64,000 nucleotides of DNA, taken from contig JAWAFZ010000001.1 of the NCBI GenBank assembly GCA_038890155.1, forward strand, positions 1,189 through 65,188, given 5' to 3'. The notes beneath the pieces are model-generated. The model saw only the letters and a program-made list of their open reading frames with translations. It was not told the DNA's origin and did no database searches. The position numbers and the translations under genes are program-made. Below are positions 50,446 to 60,166 of the stretch, one piece after another (positions within the stretch are counted from its first letter, which is position 1; every line of letters starts with the position of its first letter). The stretch comes from Candidatus Caldarchaeum sp. Its GTDB lineage: Archaea; Thermoproteota; Nitrososphaeria_A; Caldarchaeales; Caldarchaeaceae.

Positions 50446-51252
50446 ATGGTGTTGTTGTTTAAGGTGGCGTTGCTGCCGGCTGTGCTGGGTGCGGAGTCAG
50501 TGGTGCCCCTCTTCTTCATTATAATTCTGCTGCTGATAATCCTCTCTTCTTCCATCAAAGTCGTCACCGAGTACGAGAGAGCGGTGATCTTCCGTCTAGG
50601 AAGGTTGATAGGCATCAAGGGCCCGGGAGTGGTAATCATACTGCCGATAATAGACAGGCGTAAGATAATCGACCTCCGGCTGGTGACCTTCGACGTCCCT
50701 AAGCAGCGGATAATCACGAAGGACAACGTGACGGTTGACGTCGACGCTATTGTCTACTTCAGAGTCACGGACCCTCAGATGGCTGTTGTCAAGGTTAAGG
50801 ATTATTTCACGGCGTCTGCTCTTCTTGCTCAGACGACTCTGCGGGATGTTATAGGTCAGGTTGAGCTAGACGACCTCTTGACACGTAGGGATGAGCTGAA
50901 CAAGAGGCTTCAGCAGATACTCGACGAAGCAACGGAGCCGTGGGGAATCAAAGTAACGACCGTTGCTTTAAGGGATGTCGTGATTCCTGAGATGATGCAG
51001 AGAGCCATAGCGAAGCAGGCGGAGGCGGAGAGGGAGAGGCGTAGCAGGATCATAGCCGCCGAGGGTGAGCTGATGGCCGCTGAGAAAATGGCTCAAGCCG
51101 CCGACTACTACGCCAAACACCCCATAGCCCTACGTCTCAGGGAGCTTCAGACGTGGAGCGAGATAGCGAGGGAGAAGAACATGATAGTCGTGACAGAGTC
51201 AGCGTCCAGAGAGCTGGGAACTGTTTTAGGACTAGTCAAGAAGCAGGAATGA
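50446..51252 (+). CDS. stomatin/prohibitin-family (SPFH/band 7) membrane protein
   Basis: N-terminal TM helix followed by an SPFH domain (IKVVTEYERAVIFRLGRL…). Confidence 0.9.
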   Translation: MVLLFKVALLPAVLGAESVVPLFFIIILLLIILSSSIKVVTEYERAVIFRLGRLIGIKGPGVVIILPIIDRRKIIDLRLVTFDVPKQRIITKDNVTVDVDAIVYFRVTDPQMAVVKVKDYFTASALLAQTTLRDVIGQVELDDLLTRRDELNKRLQQILDEATEPWGIKVTTVALRDVVIPEMMQRAIAKQAEAERERRSRIIAAEGELMAAEKMAQAADYYAKHPIALRLRELQTWSEIAREKNMIVVTESASRELGTVLGLVKKQE

Positions 51253-52517
51253 ATTTACTCGCTTTAATAATCCTAGTCGGAGTCTTCCAGACAGCGGCTG
51301 CCCAGCCCTCGACAGTGTTGTGGGTCGAGGTCAACGGATACATTTCGCCCGGCACAGCGGCCTACGTCGAGGAGGCGTTCTCCGAGGCCTCGAGGTATTC
51401 TGCGGTATTAGTCACGATTGACACTCTGGGAGGGCAGGCTGATGCTATGCTCAGGATTGTAGAATTGATACAGCGTTCTCCTGTCCCAGTAATAGGGTTT
51501 GTTTACCCTGTTGGTGGAAAAGCCATGTCGGCAGGAACATACATACTGATGGCCTCGAACTTCGCCGCCATGTCTCCGGGTACGCTGATAGGCTCAGCCC
51601 AGCCGGTTGCAGGTGGAGAGCCTGTGACCGATTCGAAGGTGCTGAACTTCTTCGCCGAGAAGATGGGCTCGCTTGCCGAGGCCAACGGACGGAACAGGGA
51701 GGAGGCTGTGAAGATAGTTCTGGAGAACAAAAACTTCAACCCGCAGTCTGCGTTGGAGGCTGGGTTGGTCGAGGCTGTAGCCAACAGCGTGGACGAGCTG
51801 TTTGAGCAGGCTGACGGAAAGACGGTCATGACGTTCTGGGGTGAGAGGGTTTTGAACTTGAAGGGCGCCAGCGTAGTCAGGAAAAGCCCAAGCTTGACCG
51901 CTACGATAGTTTCGATGCTGTCGGACCCGCTTTTGTCAAGCGTCCTGATCACTCTTGGAATATTGCTGGTCGTCTTCGGATTGTCAAGCCCTGGATGGGG
52001 AGGCGAGGTGGCGGGTATTCTGCTCGTCATCTTGGGGTTGGTGGGGCAGGGGCTGAACATAAACATAGCAGGGGCGTTGCTGGTGGTAGTCGGTGCTGTT
52101 CTGCTGCTGTATGAGCTGCTGTCGCCCGGGTTCGGAATAGTTGGAATCGGCGGAATACTCGCCTTAAGTCTAGGCGTGATACTGATAGGGGGCTACTCTC
52201 CCACTCCCGCGTTCGTCGCTCAGGAGTGGTTTACTCAACTGCAGACGACGGTGATGATGCTGGCTTTGTTCATGGCTGCTTTCCTCGGCTTCCTGGGATA
52301 CAAGTCCTACAAAGCTCAGAGACGAAAACCTGTAGAGATATCTGCGAAGCGTGCAAGAGCTGTTGAGAGGATAGAGGCTGGAAGAGTTGGCTACATAATA
52401 CTAGAGGGAGAGTACTGGCGTGCGAAAGCGGTGAAGACCGTTGAAGAGGGAAAAATTGTTAAAATAATTGGACGGGAGGATGGGGTTTTTGTCGTGGAGC
52501 CAGAGGAACCTACCTGA
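51249..52517 (+). CDS. NfeD-family membrane-bound serine protease (stomatin-operon partner)
   Basis: Signal peptide, a ClpP-like domain, C-terminal TM helices and an OB domain. Its ATG overlaps the stomatin stop (ATGA). Confidence 0.8.
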   Translation: MNLLALIILVGVFQTAAAQPSTVLWVEVNGYISPGTAAYVEEAFSEASRYSAVLVTIDTLGGQADAMLRIVELIQRSPVPVIGFVYPVGGKAMSAGTYILMASNFAAMSPGTLIGSAQPVAGGEPVTDSKVLNFFAEKMGSLAEANGRNREEAVKIVLENKNFNPQSALEAGLVEAVANSVDELFEQADGKTVMTFWGERVLNLKGASVVRKSPSLTATIVSMLSDPLLSSVLITLGILLVVFGLSSPGWGGEVAGILLVILGLVGQGLNINIAGALLVVVGAVLLLYELLSPGFGIVGIGGILALSLGVILIGGYSPTPAFVAQEWFTQLQTTVMMLALFMAAFLGFLGYKSYKAQRRKPVEISAKRARAVERIEAGRVGYIILEGEYWRAKAVKTVEEGKIVKIIGREDGVFVVEPEEPT

Positions 52518-52935
52518 AGGGCCTGCGCCTCTGGAAACCTCTAGACCTGAAACCTCCTCTCTCCCTGCGCTCCTCGGAGAAGCTCTCTTTCTGCGACAGG
52601 TTGTTCTCGGTGTTTACTTCGTCTATCTGGACGTCAGCTGGCTCGATCTTTCCGAACCTTCCCAGGTTTAGCTGCATGCGGCCTTTGAAGAGCTTGATGA
52701 AACCGTTAGTAACCTTTACTGCATCTCCTTCGTTAACCGTGTCTATGTTCTCATCCCACAGCACCAGCGTTATGGCTCCTGTCTCGTCAGCTATCAAAGC
52801 CTCGGTAAGCCTGTGCTCCGACTGGTCGTACTGCGATGACACAACCCTTGGCTCCGGCTTTTCGACGATTTTGGCAACGAGGTTCACACCCCTCGAGCGA
52901 GGGGTTAGGCTTCCAATCTTAACGAGTTCGCTCAA
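52510..52935 (-). CDS. ssb: single-stranded DNA-binding protein (canonical OB-fold SSB with an RGG-rich tail)
   Basis: The OB-fold pattern resembles Sulfolobus SSB (…ALIADETGAITLVLWD…GDAVKVTNG…), with a C-terminal RGGFRSRGFQRRR tail. Confidence 0.75.
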   Translation of the reverse strand: MSELVKIGSLTPRSRGVNLVAKIVEKPEPRVVSSQYDQSEHRLTEALIADETGAITLVLWDENIDTVNEGDAVKVTNGFIKLFKGRMQLNLGRFGKIEPADVQIDEVNTENNLSQKESFSEERRERGGFRSRGFQRRRPFR

Positions 52936-52989
52936 CTTCTTTCTTCACTCTTCTTGGTGGGTTTAGATGTTCCACGCCGTATATAAGTC

Positions 52990-54564
52990 TTAGGCTAGGC
53001 AGCGGGCTATCATCTCGTAAGCCCTCTCCGCGCCCAGGTCCTCGACGACGAACGTCCCTAACCTAGGCCCGCTGTCCTGTCCCAGAAGTATTCTGTAAAG
53101 CTGCTGGAAAAGCTGCTGCGGCTTGAGACCGTGGCGTCTGGCTGTCTCGAAGACGGCGGACTGGAGCTGCTCGGCTTCCTTGGCTTGTTTTATCATCTCC
53201 GCGACCTCGGCGACTGCTGGTTTTACAGCCTCGTCGATTTTTACGTGCTCGATGGATGGCTGGCCGAAGGATTTGTAGTAGTTGAGTGCCATGGTTATTC
53301 TCTCCAACGCTTGTTCGTCGACTTTGTAGCCGTAGCGTTCAAGCCTCGACACGATGAAGTCCTTCTCTTTCCCTTCGGGCGCTATGGAGGACAGGAAGAC
53401 GAGTAGGTTGTAGGGTATGATGTTGGGCCTTTTCGTAGGCGGGTGTAGGAAATAGGCGTAGACGTAGAGCCCTGTCTTCCTCGGGTCTCCCGTTCTAGAG
53501 TAGTGTTGCTCGGCGAGCCGGTCAAGCTCGTTCATCAACGCAGGGATCAGCCTGTGGGAAATGACTCGGGTCCCCCTCATTCTTTTGAGAAGAAGTAGAA
53601 CGAGGCTCTGCGGAGTACCGTATCTGTACCATGTGTGGGGTGTGAAAACTGAAACTCCTCTGGACTTCGAGATCTTCCTCTTGGATTCGTCGAGGAACAG
53701 CTCGTACTGGACATGGTAGGGAGGCGGTCTGTTGAGGACGTTTGCACACACCCAGTCGTTGACCTTGACCGAGTCGGCGAGGTCTTTGCCGTACGCTTCG
53801 AACCTCACGTCTAGAGCAGCCCATCTGGCCGCCCACTCGACCTTCCACGACAGCTTCCCCTCAGCCTTAGAGACGTCGGCCTCTCCCTCGTAGCCGCAGC
53901 CCTGATGCCAGCGCTTCTTGATCTCAACCCCCCTGCATACGTAGTGGACACGGCCAGTCGAGTGGTCGAAGGACTGTGCCTGAGTGGTGTATATCCTCCC
54001 GCATGAATTGCAGAGAGGGAAGTAGGGAAGCGTCTGCGTGAATTTCCTCTGACCCGTTGTCTCAGCTATCTTCTCGCCTATCGTCGTCCAGTTCTTCAGT
54101 ATGGCGGTAATCTCGTTCTTCAGTGTTCCGTTTCCGTAAACTACGTATCCTCTGTACAGCCTAGCCTCAACGCCTGTTTTAGACAGGGCGTCGAGGAGCT
54201 GGTCCTCCATGTGGACTGCGTAGGATTCATGGCATCCAAAGGGGTCTGGTATGAGGGAGACAGGCTGGAGCAGGTACTTCTCGTAGGGCTGAGGTATCTC
54301 GGCTGGAACGCTGCGCAACCCATCCATGTCGTCGGCGAACTGAATCATCTCCGAATTGTATCCAAGGTTTTTCAAGGCCAGCGAGACGGCGTAGGCCCTC
54401 ACCGAGTCAGACATGCTGCCTATGTGGACGAAGCCTGATGCGGCGATGCCGGCCTCAGTCCTTAGCAGGCTAAGGTCTCTGCCCAGGGCTTTTTCACGCT
54501 CTACGATCTTCCAGGCAAGGTTGTCCAGCCACGTACCGAGACCTATCAGCCTCCCGTCGCTCAT
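52990..54564 (-). CDS. lysK: class I lysyl-tRNA synthetase
   Basis: 524 aa with HIGH-like motif FVHIGS and KMSKS-like motif KISKSRG. The architecture is that of LysRS-I. Confidence 0.8.
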   Translation of the reverse strand: MSDGRLIGLGTWLDNLAWKIVEREKALGRDLSLLRTEAGIAASGFVHIGSMSDSVRAYAVSLALKNLGYNSEMIQFADDMDGLRSVPAEIPQPYEKYLLQPVSLIPDPFGCHESYAVHMEDQLLDALSKTGVEARLYRGYVVYGNGTLKNEITAILKNWTTIGEKIAETTGQRKFTQTLPYFPLCNSCGRIYTTQAQSFDHSTGRVHYVCRGVEIKKRWHQGCGYEGEADVSKAEGKLSWKVEWAARWAALDVRFEAYGKDLADSVKVNDWVCANVLNRPPPYHVQYELFLDESKRKISKSRGVSVFTPHTWYRYGTPQSLVLLLLKRMRGTRVISHRLIPALMNELDRLAEQHYSRTGDPRKTGLYVYAYFLHPPTKRPNIIPYNLLVFLSSIAPEGKEKDFIVSRLERYGYKVDEQALERITMALNYYKSFGQPSIEHVKIDEAVKPAVAEVAEMIKQAKEAEQLQSAVFETARRHGLKPQQLFQQLYRILLGQDSGPRLGTFVVEDLGAERAYEMIARCLA

Positions 54565-54592
54565 TACCCGCAGACAATCCTCAAGCTATTTG

Positions 54593-55444
54593 TTATACCT
54601 TAACAGCTCTCACGCAACGGACTTTATCTACGTATTGCGGTCTGAACCCTGCTCTCCTCAACCTCTCCATCACTCCGACGTAGACCCTCTGGCCACGGGT
54701 AAAACCCGGCTGGCCGACGTAATGAACCAAGCATCCCCCCTTCTTAAGGACGCTGGCGACCATGCAGTAGAACTCGAGAGAGTACAGCTCTCCAACCATT
54801 CTAATGGTCGGAGGGTCGTGGACGACGCAGTCGAAAGTTTCGTTGCATCTGGAGAGAAAGTCGAATGCGTCGGCGTTGACGACGTCTACTCTTTCGTCGC
54901 TGAACAGGGCTCTGGACCATGGGTTGTAGGAGGCCATCCTCAGCACGTTAAAGTCTTTCTCCACGGTTATAACCCTTGCGACGCCTCTTTTCAGCAAAGC
55001 CGTCGAAGTGTAGCCCAGACCTGTGCAGACATCTAGAACAGACTTGTTCCTGAGGCTTGCGAATAGCTGGACCTTCTGGGCGGCGTCCGCCTCTGGCGGC
55101 ACGTCCACTGTTCGGTGCATTCTTATGCCGTCAATCTCAACAGTCGGTGCGTGGCCCCACTTCGGGAGGACTAGGCGGTAGTATCGCTGGTCGAACCAGC
55201 CCAGCCTGCGTACTCTACCCCCAAGAACGTAGACATCCTCGGGGGTATCAGCCATCCTCTCCAATTCATTCCAGCCAACGGAAACATCTTTCATAACAAG
55301 GGCCTCGGAAGTAAGCTTGCAAAGAGTAGTTGACAGCCCCAAGTCAAGCGACACTGAGGCCTCCGTTGCTGAAGACCTCAGCCCGATGACCCGTCTCGCC
55401 TCCCATCCAGCCAAGAGTCTCAGCTTCCTCGGCTTCAGCAACAA
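54593..55444 (-). CDS. class I SAM-dependent methyltransferase (RNA methylase-like)
   Basis: Motif I VLDVCTGLGYTS and a motif IV-like VVHDPPT. Confidence 0.55.
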   Translation of the reverse strand: MLLKPRKLRLLAGWEARRVIGLRSSATEASVSLDLGLSTTLCKLTSEALVMKDVSVGWNELERMADTPEDVYVLGGRVRRLGWFDQRYYRLVLPKWGHAPTVEIDGIRMHRTVDVPPEADAAQKVQLFASLRNKSVLDVCTGLGYTSTALLKRGVARVITVEKDFNVLRMASYNPWSRALFSDERVDVVNADAFDFLSRCNETFDCVVHDPPTIRMVGELYSLEFYCMVASVLKKGGCLVHYVGQPGFTRGQRVYVGVMERLRRAGFRPQYVDKVRCVRAVKV

Positions 55445-55495
55445 CAGCTCGTCGAGTACATCCCTATATAAACGAGTAATGGCAGCGTTGCAGGG

Positions 55496-56299
55496 TTGAA
55501 GGCTGTCATCCTAGTCTCTTCGGAGGACGTCGCCGCGATGAACGTCCTCAAAGTTCTGAGGGAGCTTCATGGATTCGAGCAGGGAATGGAGGCGTCTCTG
55601 TACGTGGGCGGCGGGGTTGAAGCCCGTGTACTCGACCAGCCAGCTCTTTATGCAGACCAATACATCGGTGAGACTGCCGCCGACCTTATCGTAGTTGCCT
55701 CCCGCCATGTCTCGGAGTCAGGTCGTCGTTGCTTGTTGGTTCATTCTACCGGAAACTGGAGGGATAAGGCTGAGTTCGGCGGCCTTCCGTCAAAGCTCTC
55801 GATGACCTCCGCCAGAGCAGTCTACACAGCTGTTCATGCATTACGCTCATCAGCGGAGGAGCTCGGGCTGCGTGATGTAGTTGTCGGGCTTGAGGCCACC
55901 CACCACGGACCGTACTCGGAGAAGCCTCTCGTCTTCGTCGAGATAGGTTCTTCACCGGACAGCTGGAGAGACCAAAGGATGGCCGAGGCTGCGGCGGACG
56001 CCTGCCTAAAGCTCTGCAGGGACAAAGGCAACCTCCCAGAGTCGTGCGCAGTAGGGTTCGGAGGAGGACATTATGCCCCAAACTTCCTAATGCCGGTCTT
56101 TGAAGGCAGGTTCGCCGTCGGCCACATCGCCTCCAAGCACGTGTTCCCGCTGACCGAGGACCTTGTCGAACAAGCTTTCTCGAAGACCGTTGAAAAGCCG
56201 AGGACGGCTTTGGTTGACTGGGACGGGCTCAAGTCTGACCATCGTCAAGCACTCCTGAAAACTCTGGCGAGAATGGATGTGGAAGTGGTCAGGGTTTAG
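55496..56299 (+). CDS. dtdA: D-aminoacyl-tRNA deacylase, archaeal type (DtdA)
   Basis: Motifs VVASRHVSESGRRCLLVHSTGNW and LEATHHGPY are characteristic of the archaeal tRNA-deacylase family. Confidence 0.7.
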   Translation: MKAVILVSSEDVAAMNVLKVLRELHGFEQGMEASLYVGGGVEARVLDQPALYADQYIGETAADLIVVASRHVSESGRRCLLVHSTGNWRDKAEFGGLPSKLSMTSARAVYTAVHALRSSAEELGLRDVVVGLEATHHGPYSEKPLVFVEIGSSPDSWRDQRMAEAAADACLKLCRDKGNLPESCAVGFGGGHYAPNFLMPVFEGRFAVGHIASKHVFPLTEDLVEQAFSKTVEKPRTALVDWDGLKSDHRQALLKTLARMDVEVVRV

Positions 56300-56309
56300 C
56301 TGGCAAGTG

Positions 56310-56317
56310 TTTATATA
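56310..56317 (+). promoter_or_regulatory. TATA-like box (tttatata) about 20 nt upstream of the ATG of the HTH gene
   Basis: Seen directly in sequence and consistent with a leaderless transcript. Confidence 0.3.
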
Positions 56318-56333
56318 CCGAAAATCATACAAC

Positions 56334-56714
56334 ATGCTGGGGTTGCTGCTACCTGCGGAGATAGAGTCTAAGGTCACGATACCTCTAATCAGGGCTCTAA
56401 TCGCCAAGAAGCTTGTCTACGGGAAGAAGTTTACGCAGGAGCAGGTGGCTAACGTGCTCGGAATAACTCAGGCGGCGGTGAGCAACTACTTGAGGGGCGT
56501 CAGAGGCTGGTCCGCCGAGTGGGAGAGAAACGAGGAGCTGAACAAGTGGGCTGACGAGGTTATCGAAGCCATTCTGCGGAAGGAGCCGAAGGAGGAGGTG
56601 GCTCGGAGGATAAACGCCGCTGTCAAAAGCATTCGTTCGAACAGGATACTGTGCGAGATTCACAAAAAGATCGAGCCGGAGATAGACGTCGACTCCTGCA
56701 AGGTCTGCGACTAG
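56334..56714 (+). CDS. HTH-domain transcriptional regulator with a C-terminal Cys cluster
   Basis: HTH FTQEQVANVLGITQAAVSNYL and a C-terminal CEIHKK…CKVCD. The start was taken at the internal ATG after the TATA box. Confidence 0.55.
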   Translation: MLGLLLPAEIESKVTIPLIRALIAKKLVYGKKFTQEQVANVLGITQAAVSNYLRGVRGWSAEWERNEELNKWADEVIEAILRKEPKEEVARRINAAVKSIRSNRILCEIHKKIEPEIDVDSCKVCD

Positions 56715-57646
56715 GGTTGAACAACCCGGCCGACTAGCTTCAGCACTATCTCAACAACCTCTTCGGGTGTTTTTCCAAAGATGTAGGTTATCGGCTCGTA
56801 CCCAACCCCTCCTCCGTGCAGAACCGCCCTACACTCACCGCCCTCCAAGCATCTCTTGACGTCGTCCAGTATGTCCTGCTCAGTCAGAGGCCTGGCTCGA
56901 GGCCCTACCGAGACAGCCTGAACCCCGAGGCTCTTCAACGCCTCCTCCACCTCCGGGCTGTGCTTAATGTTTATGGCTGACCTTATGGATGGGTCGACCT
57001 CCCTTGCGCGGAGGAGAACGCTGGCTAGATGTTTAGAGCCTCCCATAGTAGGACGCCCTACTGACTTGACGCGTTTGTTGACGGACACGATCCTGCCGGC
57101 TACTCCGGCGACCTCGTTGATGGACACGGCGTTCTTCAAACTGTACACCAAGTTTGAGCCAACTTCCGGGATCAGCCTGTATATGCCCGGAGACTCTTCC
57201 AACCGTTTGACAGCTCCCTCCAGCTTCCTGAGAACGTTCATCCTGTCCCCGTCCACCATAGCATCGGCATCCAGGCTCATGCATATCTCGCAGTCAGCCA
57301 GCTGTGGATAGATACTCCTGTGGAAGGCGCAGAGCCTACCCTCCGAAAGAAGAGAACGCCAGTAGGAGTAAAGCACGCCAGCCGCGTGGGCAGGGCTCTC
57401 ATGAAGAACGTCGACGAGCGTGTCTACAAGCATCAAAGCCTCGCCCCTCTCTACACCCATGTTCTCAAGAACTCTAAAGTACTTGTCCTCCCCCTTGGCG
57501 AGAATCTGGCTCACCGCCGGCTGAGTCGTGCCCACAAGCCTGGCTATCGTGGGCTGTCCAACCCCCTTCCGCCTAAGCCGGTGGACGACGATGCCCCTGA
57601 CGGCTGGCAGGAAGAACTTCGCCATCATCTCGCATGGAGGGAACAT
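56711..57646 (-). CDS. ThiR-like regulator: N-terminal HTH fused to a ThiN-type (thiamine-phosphate synthase-like) domain
   Basis: N-terminal HTH GQPTIARLVGTTQPAVSQIL, paralogous to the HTH of the neighbouring gene. The C-terminal ~230 aa resemble a ThiN domain. Confidence 0.5.
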   Translation of the reverse strand: MFPPCEMMAKFFLPAVRGIVVHRLRRKGVGQPTIARLVGTTQPAVSQILAKGEDKYFRVLENMGVERGEALMLVDTLVDVLHESPAHAAGVLYSYWRSLLSEGRLCAFHRSIYPQLADCEICMSLDADAMVDGDRMNVLRKLEGAVKRLEESPGIYRLIPEVGSNLVYSLKNAVSINEVAGVAGRIVSVNKRVKSVGRPTMGGSKHLASVLLRAREVDPSIRSAINIKHSPEVEEALKSLGVQAVSVGPRARPLTEQDILDDVKRCLEGGECRAVLHGGGVGYEPITYIFGKTPEEVVEIVLKLVGRVVQP

Positions 57647-57698
57647 GTATGAACAGGTAGACGGATGTTTATAAACAGGAGCCGGCCGGGTTCTGACG

Positions 57699-58733
57699 AT
57701 GGAGAAACACGAGATGGAGCTGCCCCGCTATGTCGTAGTTGGGAGGGGGTTGGAGTATGTTCTGGCGGAGCGGCTGTTAAAGAACGGTTTCAGGAGGGCT
57801 GTGATGACTACTAGCAGGACGCCCTACAGGCTTTACGGCTCTAGGATTGTTGAAGCTTGCGGCGGTGATGTCGAGGTTGAGACGCTTGTTGTCGACGACG
57901 TGGTCGAGGAGTTTGAAGACGCTGTTAGACGTGCTAAGCAGGCTGACGTCGTTCTGGGCGTGGGCGGAGGCAGGGTCGGCGACGTCTCGAAAACCCTTGC
58001 CGAGGTCTCTGGAAAGCCGTTCTTCAGCGCTCCGACTGTCGCGTCCCACGACGGCATAGCGAGCCCTATGACTTCCTTCAGACGGGACGGGCAAGCCTAC
58101 TCAAGAAAGTCGGTAATGCCCTCCGAGGTGTTTGCAGACATGGACGTCATCAGCCTCGCTCCCCGGAGATACTTACTGAGCGGCTGCGGCGACTTGGTTG
58201 CCAAGCAGAGCGCTGTGAGAGATTGGTGGCTGTCTCACAGGGTCTCGGGCGAGTATTACGGCAGGTATGCGGCTCATCTGGCTTACCTGAGCTCCACAGT
58301 CGTCATGAAATCGACGAGGCTCGTTGCGGAGGGTTTGTTGGAGGGGGTTAGGACGGTTGTCGAGGCGTTGATAAGCGCTGGAGTAGCCATGGGGGTTGCT
58401 GGAAGCAGCAGGCCATGCAGCGGAAGCGAGCACCTCATAGCGCATTCACTCGAGATGCTGATGGACAGGCCTGCTCTGCACGGCGAGCGATGCGGTGTAG
58501 CGACTATATTCACATCCTACCTGCAGCGTGGCAGGTGGAGGAGGATTCGGGAAAGCCTAGCCGCCATGGGAGCCCACCACAAGCTAGAACACATAAACGT
58601 CGACGCAGACCTGTTCGTCGAAGCCGTTCATCGGGCCCCCGAGATCCGTAGGGAAAGATACACTATCCTCCACCACCTCAAACCAACAAGAAGGGATGTA
58701 CTGAAGGCCTTGGAAGAGACGGAGCTAGTCTAG
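57699..58733 (+). CDS. egsA: sn-glycerol-1-phosphate dehydrogenase
   Basis: About 345 aa in the DHQS/iron-ADH superfamily, with motifs VVLGVGGGRVGDVSK and GSEHLIAHSLE. This is the archaeal lipid-backbone enzyme. Confidence 0.75.
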   Translation: MEKHEMELPRYVVVGRGLEYVLAERLLKNGFRRAVMTTSRTPYRLYGSRIVEACGGDVEVETLVVDDVVEEFEDAVRRAKQADVVLGVGGGRVGDVSKTLAEVSGKPFFSAPTVASHDGIASPMTSFRRDGQAYSRKSVMPSEVFADMDVISLAPRRYLLSGCGDLVAKQSAVRDWWLSHRVSGEYYGRYAAHLAYLSSTVVMKSTRLVAEGLLEGVRTVVEALISAGVAMGVAGSSRPCSGSEHLIAHSLEMLMDRPALHGERCGVATIFTSYLQRGRWRRIRESLAAMGAHHKLEHINVDADLFVEAVHRAPEIRRERYTILHHLKPTRRDVLKALEETELV

Positions 58734-58738
58734 TATAA

Positions 58739-60166
58739 ATGATGGTGGGACGATTTAGAGTCATGGCTCTGAGGTCTGAGTTCGACACGCTTGGGGAGAT
58801 GAAGGTTCCTGCAGAAGCCCTGTACGGAGCGCAGACAGCCCGGGCTGTTGAAAATTTTCCCATCTCTCGGTACAGGTTTCAGAGAGCTTTCATCAAGGCT
58901 CTCGGCCTGGTCAAGCATGCTGCAGCGGAGGCGAACATGGCTCTGGGGTTGCTGGACAGGAGGATAGGGGAGGCTATTTCGAAGGCGGCTTTGGAGGTTG
59001 CGGAAGGTCTTCACGACAAGGAGTTTGTGGTGGATGTTTTCCAGACCGGCTCCGGCACGTCGACCAACATGAACGCCAACGAGGTGATAGCCAACAGGGC
59101 CCTCGAGATACTGGGAGCCAGCAGAGGAGATAAAAAACTCATACATCCCAACGACCACGTCAACATGGGGCAGTCAACCAACGACGTGATACCAACAGCC
59201 ATAAACATCTCGGCAGCCATACTCATCAGGGAAAAACTCCTCAAATCTCTCGACCTCCTAGAATCCACGCTTGCCAAGAAGGCCGAGGAATACAGGGACA
59301 TCGTCAAGCCTGGCAGGACACATTTCCAAGACGCCGTCCCCATGACCTTTGGCCAGGAATTTTCAGGATACGCGGCGATGATAAAGAAAAGCCGTCAAAG
59401 AGTCTTGAAGGCTTTCGACAGCCTTCTCGAGCTGCCGATAGGGGGCACGGCTGTGGGCACAGGTCTCAACGCTCATCCGGACTTTGCGAAACTCGTTGTC
59501 GACCGGCTCCGGGAGAAGACGGGAATCGATTTCAGTGTCGCTGAAAACCGTTTCGAGGCGATGGGTAGTAGAGACTGTTGCCTTGAAGCCTCTGCGTCCT
59601 TCAGGAGCGTCGCCGTCTCTCTGCTGAAGATATGCAACGACCTTCGAATCCTTTCCTCAGGACCAAACACAGGCATCAACGAGATAGAGCTTCCCGCTGT
59701 CCAGCCAGGGTCCTCCATAATGCCTGGAAAAGTAAACCCCGTCATCGTCGAGTCGGCGATGCTCGCAGCCGCTCAAGTAATCGGATACGACAGAGCAGTG
59801 GAAGAGGCTTGCAGGCTTGGCGAGCTTGAGCTGAACATGGGTCTCCCCCTGATAGCTTATGACTTGATTGAACAAGTCGAAATACTTTCAAACACCTGCA
59901 CAAACCTAGCTCTCAAGTGCGTGGCGGGTATCAGGGTGAACATCGAGAGGGCGAGGGCGCTTGCAGAGTCAAGCCCAGCGCTAGTGACGGTGGTCGCTCC
60001 CGTAATAGGCTACGACGCCGCCGCCAAGGCTGCGAAGAAGATGCTGGCCGAGAACAAGTCAATCAAGCAGGTTCTCCTCGAAGAGGGCATCTTAAGCCGG
60101 GAAGAAGTCGAGAAAGTGTTGGACTTGCGTAAGATAAGCAGGGGAGGCATCATAGGCGGAGCGTAG
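58739..60166 (+). CDS. class II fumarate hydratase/aspartate ammonia-lyase family enzyme (closer to aspartase)
   Basis: Signature [12 protein letters not shown]. The region [22 protein letters not shown] resembles the AspA consensus more than FumC. Confidence 0.8.
   Translation: MMVGRFRVMALRSEFDTLGEMKVPAEALYGAQTARAVENFPISRYRFQRAFIKALGLVKHAAAEANMALGLLDRRIGEAISKAALEVAEGLHDKEFVVDVFQTGSGTSTNMNANEVIANRALEILGASRGDKKLIHPNDHVNMGQSTNDVIPTAINISAAILIREKLLKSLDLLESTLAKKAEEYRDIVKPGRTHFQDAVPMTFGQEFSGYAAMIKKSRQRVLKAFDSLLELPIGGTAVGTGLNAHPDFAKLVVDRLREKTGIDFSVAENRFEAMGSRDCCLEASASFRSVAVSLLKICNDLRILSSGPNTGINEIELPAVQPGSSIMPGKVNPVIVESAMLAAAQVIGYDRAVEEACRLGELELNMGLPLIAYDLIEQVEILSNTCTNLALKCVAGIRVNIERARALAESSPALVTVVAPVIGYDAAAKAAKKMLAENKSIKQVLLEEGILSREEVEKVLDLRKISRGGIIGGA

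Noticed and set aside
50334-50726. 130-aa minus-strand ORF
   Set aside because: It is antisense to the N-terminal TM/SPFH region of the stomatin gene, and its translation is Ile/Ser/Thr-rich junk.
51153-51248. N-terminal extension of the NfeD ORF (MERDSEGEEHD…)
   Set aside because: It overlaps the C-terminus of stomatin in another frame. The signal peptide of NfeD starts at the ATG at 51249, which overlaps the stomatin stop.
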